Of a stretch of DNA of 64,000 bases, positions 51,250 through 63,800 are shown one piece after another (within the stretch, counting starts at the first letter, position 1; every line of letters begins with the position of its first letter). Position numbers and translations under genes: made by a program. Source of the DNA: Heterodontus francisci (taxonomy: Eukaryota); NCBI RefSeq assembly GCF_036365525.1, contig NC_090399.1, positions 15,313,558-15,377,557 on the forward strand. The letters run 5' to 3'. The notes under the pieces were generated by a model. The model ran no database searches and was not told the DNA's origin. It was given only the letters and a program-made list of their open reading frames with translations.

Positions 51250-52780
51250 GCTATGGGGCCTGACAACATTCCGGCAATAGTACTGTAGACCTGTGCTCCA
51301 GAACTTGCCACACCCCTAGCTGAGCTGTTCCAGTACAGCTATAACACTGGCATCTGCCCAGCAATATGGAAAATTGCCCAGACAAAAAGCAGGTCAAATC
51401 CAACCCAGCCAATTACCGCCCTATCAGTCTACTCTCGATCATCAGTAAAGTGATGGAAGGGGTAATCAACAGTGAAATCAAGTTGCGTTTGCTCGGCAAT
51501 AACCTGCTCACTGGCACTCAGTTTGTGTTCCACCAGGGCCACTCAGCTCCTGACCTCATTACATACAGCCGTGGTTCAAACATGGGAAAAAGAGCTGAGC
51601 TCCAAAGTGAGGTGAGAGTGACGACTCTTGACATCGAGGCAGCATTTGACTGAGTGTGGCATCAAGCAGCCCTAGAAAAATGGAATTAATGGGAATCAAG
51701 GGGCAACTCTCCGCTGGCTTGTGTCCTTTATAGTGCAAAGTAAAATGGATGTGATTGCTGGAGATCAATCAACTAAGTCCCAGGATTTCACTGCAGGAGT
51801 TCCTTAGGGTAATGTCCTCGGCGCAAATATCCTCAGCTGCTTCATCCATGACCTTCCCTCCATCAAAAGGTCAGACGTGGGGATGTTCGTTGGTGATTGC
51901 ACAATGATCAACACCATTCACGACTCCTCAGATACTGAAGCAGCCCATGTCAAGATGCAGAAAGACCTGGAAAACATTCAGACATTGCCTGATAAGTGGC
52001 AAGTAACTTTTGCACCACAAAAGTGCCAGGCAATGACACCTCAAACAAGAATGAATCTCACCATCTCCCCTTGACGTTGAATGGCATTACCACTGCTGAA
52101 TCGCCCACTATCAACATCCTGAGGGTCACCATTGACCCAGAAACTGAACTGGACCAGCCGCATAAAAGCTGTGGCGTCAAGAGTAGTTCAGAGGCTGGGA
52201 AATCTGCGGCGAGTAACTCATCTCCTGTCTCCCCAATGCCTGCCCACCATCTACAAGGCACAAGTCAGGGGTGTGATGGAATACTCTCCACTTGCCTGGA
52301 TGGGTGCAGCTCCGACAACACTCAAGAAGCTCGACACCATCTAGGACAAAGCAAACCACTTGATTAGCATTCCATCCACCACCATAAACATTCACTCCCT
52401 CCACCAACAACACACAGTCGCAGCAGTGTGTACCATCTACAAGATGCACTGCAGTAATGTACCAAGGCTACTCAGGCAGCACCTTCCAAACCCGCGATCT
52501 CTACCACCTCGAAAAACAAGGGCAGCAGATGCATGGGAACGCCACCTCATGAAAGTTCTCCTCCAAGCCACACACCATCCTGACTTGTCTTCCTTCACTG
52601 TCACTGGGTCAAAATTCTGGAACTCCCTTCTTAACAGCACTTTGGGTGTACCTACCCCACATGGACTGCAGCGATTCGAGAAAGCAGTTCACCACCACCT
52701 TCTCAAGGGCAATTAGGGATGGGCAATAAATGCCGGCCTGGCCAGCGACACCCACATCCATGAAACGAATTTTAAAAAGT
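51250..52780 (+). mobile_element. LINE family B RT/3' fragment
   Basis: NPANYRPISLLSIISKVME, LDIEAAFD, HHHLLKGN* plus tail. Confidence 0.92.
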
Positions 52781-53298
52781 GCAAAACGTAGGTTCTTCTG
52801 GGATTGAAGCGCCCTCACTAGCTGAAAGACAGCAATGCAGCTGTGTGCAGGTGGTAATATGAAGACTCATAATACAGGACATTAAAAGATGTGTTACTTT
52901 AATGATATTATTTCTTTCTTCAATGGGTATCTAAGACTTCAGTCATATCCCGATTCAGGTATAGCATGTAAACGAAAGAGATGTGACTTAGATTGTGTGA
53001 TACAACCATACATCATGTCAGAGAGTGCACAATTGATCCTGTCATGAACCCATAATGCCTATCTTTTATGAGTTTATTTCTATCCCGAGCTCCATGATCT
53101 TTTCTTTAATGAAGGTTTTTATAATTTTACCCATAATGGATGTCAACTCCCATGATTTGTAGTTTCGTTGGGTCACTTTCGTTGCCATTAAAAGGAAATA
53201 TCATTAGCATTTTCAGTTCACCCATGTCCAGGAACATATTTTATATCGGCAAGAGTATTTTTAGGCTATAGACCAGTAGATAAAGCCAGCTAGATTAC

Positions 53299-53603
53299 CT
53301 GCTCATGCTCAATATGAATTGACTCCTGTTGGAAAATGGATTTGCATGGCCCAGTGTGAGAGCAATATCAAGTACTCCTTCCATCCCACCCACGGCGAAT
53401 GCCAGTGCTCATTGTTTAAAATCATGCATAGAAAATGTTTGTATCGTTAAAGCACTGAAGGCTATCGACACCAGTGGGAGTCAATGGGTCGAGAGAGTGA
53501 AAATTCTGGGGGACATAAAAGTATGATCTGGAACTTGCTATTGGTAATCGAGAGGTAATGAGATGGTTTTGTCGTGTTAATTTTAAATTGGGCAACACAT
53601 CCG
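53299..53603 (-). pseudogene. decayed Ig C1-set exon
   Basis: 305 nt between acceptor ATTTTAG and donor CAG|GTAATC. ADVLPNLKL...IA[S=AGT]SRSYFYVP keeps C-x4-FY spacing with TGT>AGT; PIDSHW in a shifted frame; WDGRST*YCSH. Confidence 0.55.
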
Positions 53604-54340
53604 CTAAAATAGCAGACGAAATAATGTCAAAGGAATAAATAAGGTTGGACCTGAGATATATGTACACACACACCTGTAAGCTATTGCATGGTATTACAAA
53701 TTGCAGGGAGAAGTTGACCCACTTGTTGAAATACTCAAAATTAAATGAAATGCACCATTATTTTAAATACTGGCATAGAACTAAATTGACGATAATGGAC
53801 TTTATCAACAATATTTTATGCAATATCAACAATGGGTGTGAGTTACATAATCACGAGGCGCATTGGGGTTGAATGAAATTTATTTTTGGCCTTGAATTTA
53901 CTAGCTAAGAGGATACATTTTCAACGTGGCGCTCGGGCTTTTCAGTCATTGTACATCATGCCCCATAATAGAAACCACCCAATTTTAATTTCCATTAATG
54001 TAAATGAGAAACGGATGGTTCCTTTAAAGTGGCACAACGCCTATATAATACCAGGAGGCAAATTCAACATGTATCCTGTGGCAAATCTTTATCAGTGAAT
54101 CACATCTTTATTGGATTACAGTTAAATCACTCCGCGTAAAAGTGCAAATTCAACCTAAAGATGCCCACACTATTCTCGTGGTTATATTTCATATTGGGGA
54201 AGAACCCGGGGTTGTATCCAAAATTGTGCCTGAGACCGCGCAAATATGCGTTCACGTTACGTGCAAAATTCCCGACAACAATTAGTATACGCCTGAGCAT
54301 AACGCGGCTATAAATCAGCGACCTTTGGCCAGAGTGGCCT

Positions 54341-54421
54341 GACCATAACCGGAACATAATTACTGGGGTCTCAAGGAAGGAGGACCATAACCGGAACATA
54401 ATTACTGGGGTCTCAAGGAAG
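54341..54421. repeat. local tandem duplication (39-bp unit, period 42)
   Basis: GACCATAACCGGAACATAATTACTGGGGTCTCAAGGAAG at 54341 and 54383. Confidence 0.95.
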
Positions 54422-54509
54422 TGTCGGGAAAGGAGGAATTCCTTCAGAGTGAGGCTGGGAAGTGCAAGTTAAATGTCACTAGGTCTCCCCCATAAAGGCT
54501 TCATTAATT

Positions 54510-54775
54510 ATTACTGTGTAAGGTCCTCCCACCATAGTGAACTGAAGGGGCTGGACCCATGGGAAACCCCTCGGACTGTATACATCAAACATGCGTTTGC
54601 TGTAAAATGTACATTGCATGTAAAATGGAATGGAAGGGTTGTGAGGCAATTCACTCCTGTGTTGAATAAAACTGATTTCCTTTGCACTTTTTGGAATGTC
54701 AACTTGGTGCTGCTTTGAACTGTTTTGTGATTTTATTTTACAGATTTTTATGAATAAAGTATATTTTTGAGAAAA
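54510..54775 (+). mobile_element. Tx1-like LINE 3' UTR
   Basis: TGTGTAAGGTCCTCCCACCATAGTG...GGGGCTGGACCC is homologous to the reverse complement of 17900-17940. Ends in AATAAA and an A-rich tail. Confidence 0.7.
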
Positions 54776-55644
54776 AGAAATTAACTAATTTAAGCTGCCA
54801 GGAAGAAAGTCTCCCTTGCGCCAGTTTTCTTTCCTTCTCACAGATGGCAGATTCATTGGAGACAGCTACCAGGAAGAGAAACGTCCACTTAGTGGAAGAT
54901 GCCCTGCTGACTTCTTTCAATGAAATAGAGCATCCCCAGGGTCTGAGCCTTATCCTAGCCAGTCCCCTGGAATATCACAACGCTGCCAAAGGCCTTAACC
55001 TTCGATATTTCCCACCGCGCCCCGCACAGGCCATTGAAAGCAGCAGAAAGCGGTCAGTGATGGAAGAGGGGCTCAGGAGGGGGATCTGCATGAGGGGCGA
55101 GGCTGGGTGAGAGAGAGGGGGAACACATTCCCAAGAACTTCAGAATGCAGACCTTGCCAAATTGTCTCCCCATTGAATAAGTTGAGGGGTCGGTGAAAGC
55201 CAGAGCCGCGCATTTGCGTTCTTTGCTGGGAATTCACTCTCCCCCTCACTGTCAGGCTACCCACAAGCAGAGAAAAAGTCTCTCAACAATTGGGTAGCAG
55301 ATTGGACCCATTCCATCGAGGCGAGTGGGTGCTTCAGCGTATAAGATTATGATTTATTTTCAACTAATCCATTTATTCATTCTACTAGTGTTTTCCTTAT
55401 TTCATGGAAATCTGTCTTTGATCATGCAGTAATCTGAGTAAATTTTAAAGATGCAGTAACCATAGTAATTTTAGAAATGCTTGAGTAATGTTTAAGTGTA
55501 AACCGCATGCCTGCATCAGGGGCTGTTAAAACCCCACTGTTCAGACTGCTTGCTGATTTTTAGGGAAGTGTTTATGATTCATGACTAGCTTAAACTTTCA
55601 GGCTGTCACGGCTGTTGCATTGTTAATGCCAAATTGTTAAATTA

Positions 55645-56430
55645 AGCTGGAGCCGCACTCATCCAGCCAAGTGGAGAGTATTCCATCACACTTCTGAATT
55701 ATGTCTTGGAGATGGTAGACAGGCTTTGGAGAGTCAGGAGGTGAGTTACTCGCCACAGAATTTCCAGCTTCTGACCTGCTCTTGCAGCCATTGTATTTTT
55801 ATGGCTACTCCAGTTCAGTTTCTGGTCAATGGTAATCGCCAGGATGTTGATAATGGGGGATTCAGCAATGGTAATACCATTGAATGCCATGGGAGATGGT
55901 TAGATTCTCTCTTGTTGGAGATGGTTATTGTCTGGCACTTTTGTGGTGCGAATGTTACTTGCCACTTATCAACCCAAGCCTGAATGTTGTCCATGTCTTG
56001 CTGCATGTGGACACGGACTGCTTCGATATCTGAGGATTTGTGAATGGTACTGAACACTGTGCAATCATCAGTGAGCATCCCCACTTCTGACCTTATGATG
56101 AAGGGAAGGTCATTAATGAAGCAGCTGAAGATGGTTGACCCTAGGACACCACCCGGAGGAACTCCTGCAGCCATGTCCTGGGACTGAGATGATTGGCATC
56201 CAACAACCACAACCATCTTCCTTTGCGCTAGGCATGACTCCAGCCTGTGGAGAGTTTTCCCCCTGATTCCCATTGACTTCAATTTTTCTGGGGCTCCTTG
56301 ATGCCATATTCGGTCAAATGCTGTCTTGATGTCAAGGGCAGTCACTCTCACTTCACCATTAGAATTCAGCTCTTTTGTTCATGTTTGGACCAAGTCTGTA
56401 ATGGGATCAGGAGCCGAATTGCCCTGGCGG
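55645..56430 (-). mobile_element. LINE family B RT fragment
   Basis: ORF 55815-56351 LDIKTAFDRIWH...MLTDD. Confidence 0.92.
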
Positions 56431-56464
56431 ATGTTATCCACCATTCTTTTTTCTCCAGCAATCT

Positions 56465-56603
56465 TAATGAAATGCAATTTCTGCAGCTTTTCCTTGTTGA
56501 CCAGCAGAGTGAAAAGTACACTTCAAGTAATTGCCACCAGCAAATAAGAAATTATTTCAATTCCAAGGAGGGAAGCAACATTTCAATTCTGCTGACTTGT
56601 ACC
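56465..56603 (-). pseudogene. candidate decayed transmembrane exon
   Basis: NVASLLGIEIISYLLVAIT*SVLFTLLVNKEKLQK: a long hydrophobic run with one stop, followed by Lys-rich residues. Confidence 0.3.
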
Positions 56604-57089
56604 ACACATTTACCCCCTGATATTACTTGGTTGCCTTGTTGCTTGTTGCTTAATATTAAAAATCATTTCAATAAAAACTTACCTATCATTGAGCTGAACA
56701 CAGACCTCAAGGGGCGTGTTCTTGTCTGAACTGTAGGCCCTGCTACAGGAAGAACAGGAAGTTCTCCCTGCAAACTACGAACCAGGAAAGTTCGAATTTT
56801 ATTGTACAGTCAGGGGCGTAAGCCATAGCTTCGTCACTGACAGGAAAATCCGGGTCAATAAGAGTTACTGTGTACGTAATGGCTTCAGATATTTTTGAGA
56901 CACATGATAGGGTGTGATATAGAGATGCAGTTAGTTTTGTTTCTTTCCATGATAGTTATTTGTTGCAAATCCCACATATCTTCAATTTCCATGCTGCAAG
57001 TTTCCTGAGCAAAACTTGCGTTAACGTATTTTTAAAAATGAAACTTGTAGGGATTGACTGCCTAATCATTAGACAGTCACCTACATTTA

Positions 57090-57510
57090 GGAACACAGGA
57101 ATGGAGCTAGCTATTTAACCCATCGAACCTGTTGCGTCATTCAATTAGATGATGGCGGATCTGTGAGCGGATTTTCCCCATGTCCCTTAATACCTTTGGT
57201 TGACGAAAATCTATCCAGCTCAGATTTAAAATTAATAATTGACCCAGGACGAATAGTCGTTTGCAGAGGAGAGTTCCAAACTTCTACTGCCCTTTGTGTG
57301 TAGAAGTGTTTCCTAACTTCACTCCTGAAAGGTGACCTCTAATTGATGACCAATGTCCCCTAGCCCTAGACTCGCCAACCAGTGGATTTTTCCCCCTACC
57401 TATCCTGTTGTTTCCCTTTAATATATGAAAACTTCGATCAAATTATCCCTTCACCTAAATTTCAGGGAATACAATCATAGGTTATGTCATCTCTCCTGGT
57501 AACAACCCGT
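57090..57510 (-). mobile_element. older CR1 3' fragment
   Basis: Homologous to 24835-25270 and 60205-60640. Confidence 0.8.
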
Positions 57511-57550
57511 GGAATCTGTCTATCGGTCAGTCTATCTCTCTCTCTTTCTG

Positions 57551-58470
57551 GACACTAAGATTGGTGGAGTAGCAGATAGTGAAGGGGACTGTCAGAGAAT
57601 ACATCAGAATATAGATAGATTGGAGAGTTGGGCAAAGAAATGGCAGATGGAGTTCAATCTGGGCAAATGCGAGGTGATGCATTTTGGAAGATCCAATTCA
57701 AGAGTGAATTATACAGTAAATGGAAAAGTCCTGGGGAAAATTGATGTACACAGAGATTTGGGTGTTCAGGTCCATTGTTCCCTGAAGGTGGCAACGCAGG
57801 TCAATAGAGTGGTGAAGAAGGCATACGGCATGCTTTCCTTCATCGGACGGAGTATTGAGTACAAGAGTTGGCAGGTCATGTTACAGTTGTATAGGACTTT
57901 GGTTCGGCCACATTTGGAATACTGCATGCAGTTCTGGTCGCCACATTACCAAAAGGATGTAGATGCTTTGGAGAGGGTGCAGAGGAGGTTCACCAGGATG
58001 TTGCCTGGTATGGAGGGCGCTAGCTATGAAGAGAGGTTGAGTAGATTAGGATTATTTTCATTAGAAAGACGGAGGTTGAGGGGGGACCTGATTGAGGTGT
58101 ACAAAATCATGAGAGGTATAGACAGGGTGGATAGCAAGAAGCTTTTTCCCAGAGTGGGGCATTCAATTACTCGGGGTCACGAGTTCAAAGTGAGAGGGGA
58201 AATGTTTAGGGGGGATATGCGTGGAAAGTTCTTTACGCAGAGGGTGGTGGGTGCCTGGAACGTGTTGCCAGCGGAGGTGGTAGACGCGGGCACGATAGCG
58301 TCTTTTAAGATGTATCTAGACAGATACATGAATGGGCAGGAAGCAAAGAGATACAGACCCTTAGAAAATAGGCGACAGGTTTAGATAGAGGATCTGGATC
58401 GGCGCAGGCTTGGAGGGCCGAAGGGCCTGTTCCTGTGCTGTAATTGTCTTTGTTCTTTGTTCTTTGTTCT
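57551..58470 (+). mobile_element. young CR1 3' fragment
   Basis: Open frame DTKIGGVADSEG...RPLENRRQV*, near-identical to the reverse complement of ~38500-39400. Confidence 0.97.
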
Positions 58471-59349
58471 CCATCTATCTATTTGTTAAATCTACGCTGC
58501 AGTCTTATTTGGAGACTTTCTTACAGTCGACGAGTGATAGCCTTTTCAGTTCTGATAGATAGTATCGCTTTTTCCTATTTAGATGGCGATTATTACCAGC
58601 AAGTTTCTTTTATCTTGGCGTGTACATGTACTCATCAAAGTCAAGATCTAATTGTTGGGGAACCGAAACTTTAACCTTTCTGGCACTCAATGTCAACATT
58701 CCACAATCAGCTAACTCGTGGGTTGCTTACATTAAAATGGTCATTTACACTTCCTCAATAATTCACCCCAATCCTAACCTCAGATGCGGATAAATGGCTG
58801 CATCGGTGTGAAAATTTCATCTGCTACGTCAGTAATCTTGTGTCTTCTCTAGATAGGAATGCTAGTTCATTGTCAATTAGCGTATGAAATGTGGGCAATT
58901 TTATACAATGGCCTACACTTACTGGGAACAAACTCTCGGCTGCCTAAACTGATTTCTCTCTGTCCTATGTCATAAAAAGGAAGCATTCATCTCGTGATTT
59001 TCTGTTTTTTATCCTCCGTATTCCGAGAACCTATTTGGCATTCAAATGAACTTTAGCTCATTACCCAAATTTAGGTGTCTACTTCTTAATGTTATGTATG
59101 ACCTAATTTCTTCTACCATAGGGAATGGCCAGTCAAAAAAACCACCTTATTGGGCTAACAACCGAGTAATTTCCACGTTGGTTATCCGAGGCAGAACTGT
59201 TTTTCATAATACATCGGCCATTTCAAATAATTCATCTTCTACATAGAGCTCTTTCGAAATAGTAAGCGTGATTTGATGAGTATTTCTCATTTGGATTGCA
59301 AGATCCGCTTTCTAATCATTCAGTTTGACCTGGCTTAGTGTTATTGGTT

Positions 59350-59674
59350 CACAAATTTTCCCGTTGGTACGTAACTCCTTCAAATGTAAGTAATCCTATG
59401 CGGAAGTGATCCAGAATATTGTGAGCAGACAGTGCGCCGAACGGTAAGTGACTCATGATTATTTCCCTCTTTGTAGAGGTTACAGTTTTAGTTAGTTCTG
59501 TAGCTTTCTTTTTAAAATGTAACCGAAGCATCGATATCCTTAGATATATTTGCTGTACGTGAAAATAGCTAAAATGGAAGGTTATCTCTGCAACTAGAGA
59601 GCAACTTGGAATGCGAGAATCACCCCGTACACACGTCTGTCCAGCTCGCGTTTGATCATAAAACCCACAACCAT
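59350..59674 (-). pseudogene. decayed IgV exon, probably paralogous to the intact NKp30-like V
   Basis: DQTRAGQTCVRGDSRIPSCSL (cf. IQRPISVRVFQGDSVILNCTF), IDASVT/FKKKATEL (cf. IDFESPKYKKRVIK), NNHESLTVRR..YSG, TNG near the end. Trp and second Cys lost. Confidence 0.45.
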
Positions 59675-60204
59675 CTCTTGTCAAATAAGCCTATGCCAAT
59701 ATTTCATTATTCATTTTTATACTTGGGCCTTCTTCTGCGTAACCAGTCAACTTCATCATGGCATAATTTGTTTCACTTCTATAGGTTTATCTATTGTTAA
59801 ACTCGATGGCAGCCGAGCAGAAATATGTTCTACATGCTATCGAGATCATATTGCAGAACAATTACCAGAAATGTTCGGTTTTCCTTTACGAATTCATTTC
59901 AAATGAACGTTTAGACGTTTGATAAGAAATGAACTTCTACCATGAAACGGTGGAATTAAATTGTTCACTGAAACAATATGATGAATGTATCCCAAGTATA
60001 AACGCCAGCCAGGCAACAGGAGACAGACGGAATGCTGCTTAGAAACATTTAATCACACGCGACAAAGCAACAACCCATGGAATATTCTCATCCATTCCAG
60101 TTTTAGTGGGCGTAAGCACCTCTTGAAATCTTGTTGCGACTCCGGATGAGAACGCCTACCTTAATGGACGGGTTTTAATGTACACATAGACAGACCTTAA
60201 GAGG

Positions 60205-60800
60205 TCATAAGAACATAGGAGCTGGAGGAGGTCACTTGGAGCCTTAGGCTTGTTCCGCAGCCATTCAATAGGATCATGGTTGATCTGTGATCTAACTCCA
60301 TATCTCGTAGTGCCTTTGGTTAACAATAAGCTATCAATCTCAGTTTTTAAATTAACAATGGATCTAGTATCAATTGCCGTTGTGGAAGACAGTTCCAAAC
60401 TTCTACCATCCTGTGCGTGCACAAGTGCTTCCTAACTTCACTCCTGAAAGATCTGGCTTTAATTTTTATACTGTGCTCCACTAGTCCTAGACTCCCCAAC
60501 GTGCCAAAACAGTTTCTGTCCATCTGCCCTCACTGCTCCCCTTAATAGTTTGAAAACTTCGATCAAGTCATCTCTTAACCTTCTAAATTCCTGCGAAGAC
60601 AGCCCTAGTTTGTGCAATCTCTCCTCTTAATTTAACCCTTGGAGTCCAGGTATCATTCTGGTAAATCTACACTGCCCTCCCTCCAAGGCCAGTACATCCT
60701 TTGTAAGGTGTGGTGCCCATACCTGGTCTCAGTACTGCAGGTGTGGTCTAACCAGGGTTTGCATAGCTGAAGCATGACTTCTACCCCTTGTATACTACTC
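60205..60800 (-). mobile_element. older CR1 3' fragment
   Basis: LVRPHLQY, DVLALEG and tail. Confidence 0.85.
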
Positions 60801-60809
60801 CTCGTTTAT

Positions 60810-63800
60810 CTAGTATAGATAGTTAGGGGAACAGAAAGGAGGTTCTGTGGGAACGAGAGAGACTCACGGTTGGTGTGTTGCCTCCCAGGTGCCAGGGTTC
60901 GTGATGTCTCAGATAGTGTTTTTGGGATCCTTAAGGGGGAGGGGGAGCAGCCCCAAGTCCACATAGGCACCAACGACATAGGTAGGAAGAGAGATGGGGA
61001 TTTAAGGCAGAAATTCAGGGAACTAGGGTGGAAGCTTAGAGCGAGAACAAACAGAGTTGTTATCTCTGGGTTGTTGCCCGTGCCACGTGCTAGCGAAGCG
61101 AGGAATAGGGAGAGAGAGGAGTTGAACACGTGGCTGCAGGGATGGTGTAGGAGGGAGGGTTTTGGTTTCCTGGATAATTGGGGCTCTTTCTGAGGTAGGT
61201 GGGACCTCTACAAACAGGATGGTCTTCACCTGAACCAGAGGGGTACCAATATCCTTGGGGGGAGATTTGCTAGTGCTCTTCGGGGGGGTTTAAACTAATT
61301 CAGCAGGGGGATGGGAAGCTAAATTGTAGTTCCAGTGTACAGGATGTTGAGAGTAGTGAGGTCAGGGGTAAGGTTACAAGGACGCAAGAGGGCACTGGCA
61401 AGCAAGAACTTGGTTTAAAGTGTGTCTACTTCAACGCCAGGAGAATCCGGAATAAGGTGGGGGAGCTTGCAGCATGGGTTGGTACCTGGGATCTCAATAA
61501 TGTGGCCATTTCGGAGACATGGGTAGAGCAGGGACAGGTATGGATGTTACAGGCTCCGGGATTTAGATGTTTCAGTAAGAACAGAGAAGATGGTAAAAGG
61601 GGGGGGGGGGGGGGGGGGTGTGGCATTTTTAATCAAGGAGAGTCTTACGGCGGCAGAAAGGACGTTTGAGGACTCGTCTACTGAGGTAGTATGGGCCGAG
61701 GTTAGAAACAGGAGAGGAGAGGTCACCCTGTTGGGAGTTTTCTACAGACCTCCGAATAGTTCCAGAGATGCAGAGGAAAGGATAGCGAAGATGATTCTCG
61801 ACAGGAGCGAGAGTAACAGGGTAGTTGTTATGGGGGACTTTAACTTTCCAAATATTGACTGGAAACACTATAGTTCGAGTACTTTAGATGGGTCTGTTTT
61901 TGTCCAGTGTGTGCAGGAGGGTTTTCTGACACAGTATGTAGACAGGCCAACCAGGGGCGATGCCACATTGGATTTGGTACTGGGTAATGAACCCGGCCAG
62001 GTGTTAGATTTAGATGTAGGTGAGCACTTTGGTGATAGTGATCACAATTCGGTTAGGTTTACCTTAGCGATGGGCAGGGACAGGTATATACCGCAGGGCA
62101 AGAATTATAGCTGGGGGAAAGGAAATTATGATGTGATTAGGCAAGATTTAGGATGCGTAGGATGGGGAAGGAAACTGCAGGGGATGGGCACAATCGAAAT
62201 GTGGAGCTTATTCAAGGAGCAGCTACTGCGTGTCCTTGATAAGTATGTACCTGTCAGGCAGGGAGGAAGTTGTCGAGCGAGGGAGCCGTGGTTTACTAAA
62301 GAAGTTGAAGCGCTTGTCAAGAGGAAGAAGAAGGCTTATGTTAGGAAGAGACGTGTAGGCTCAGTTAGGGCGCTTGAGAGTTACAAGCTAGCCAGGAAGG
62401 ATGTAACGGGAGAGCTTAGAAGAGCGAGGAGAGGACACGAGAAGTCATTGGCGGATAGGATCAAGGAAAACCCTAAGGCTTTCTATAGGTATATCAGGAA
62501 TAAAAGAATGACTAGAGTTAGATTAGGGCCAATCAAGGATAGTAGTGGGAAGTTGTGTGTGGAATCAGAGGAGATAGGGGAAGCGTTAAATGAATATTTT
62601 TCGTCAGTATTTACAGTAGAGAAAGAAAATGTTGTCGAGGAGAATATTGAGATTCAGACTACTAGGCTAGATGGAATTGAGGTTCACAAGGAGGAGGTGT
62701 TAGCAATTTTGAAAAGTGTGAAAATAGATAAGTCCCCTGGGCCAGATGGGATTTATCCTAGGATTCTCTGGGAAGCCAGGGAGGAGATTTCAGAGACTTT
62801 GTCCTTGATCTTTATGTCGTCATTGTCGACAGGAATAGTGCCGGAAGACTGGAGGATAGCAAATGTTGTCCCCTTGTTCAAGAAGGGGAGTAGAGACAGC
62901 CCTGGTAATTATAGACCTGTGAGCCTTACTTCAGTTGTGGGTAAAATGTTGGAAAAGGTTATAAGAGATAGGATTTATAATCATCTTGAAAAGAATGAGT
63001 TCATTAGCGATAGTCAGCACGGTTTTGTGAAGGGGAGGTCGTGCCTCACAAACCTTATTGAGTTTTTCGAGAAGGTGACCAAACAGGTGGATGAGGGTAA
63101 AGCCGTGGATGTGGTGTATATGGATTTCAGTAAGGCGTTTGATAAGGTTCCCCACGGACCTTATCAAAATACGGAAGTATGGGATTGAAGGTGATTTATT
63201 GCTTTGGATCAGAAATTGGCTAGCTGAAAGAAGACAGAGGGTGGTGGTTGATGGCAAATGTTCATCCTGGAGTTTAGTTACTAGTGGTGTACCTCAAGGA
63301 TCTGTTTTGGGCCCACTGCTGTTTGTCATTTTTATAAATGACCTGGATGAGGGTGTAGAAGGGTGGGTTAGTAAATTTGCGGATGACACGAAGGTCGGTG
63401 GAGTTGTGGATAGTGCCGAAGGATGTTGTAGGTTACAGAGGGACATAGATAGGCTGCAGAGCTGGGCTGAGAGATGGCAAATGGAGTTTAATGCGGAAAA
63501 GTGTGAGGTGATTCACTTTGGAAGGAGTAACAGGAATGCAGAGTACTGGGCTAATGGGAAGATTCTTGGTAGTGTAGATGAGCAGAGAGATCTTGGTGTC
63601 CAGGTACATAAATCCCTGAAAGTTGTCACCCAGGTTAATAGGGCTGTTAAGAAGGCATATGGTGTGTTAGCTTTTATTAGTAGGGGGATCGAGTTTCGGA
63701 GCCACGAGGTCATGCTGCAGCTGTACAAAACTCTGGTGCGGCCGCACCTGGAGTATTGCGTGCAGTTCTGGTCACCGCATTATAGGAAGGATGTGGAAGC

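Noticed and set aside
58560-58674. DGDYYQQVSFILACTCTHQS resembling the end of a C1 domain (+ strand)
   Set aside because: The spacing between E- and F-strand motifs is too short and no upstream strands or splice sites were found.
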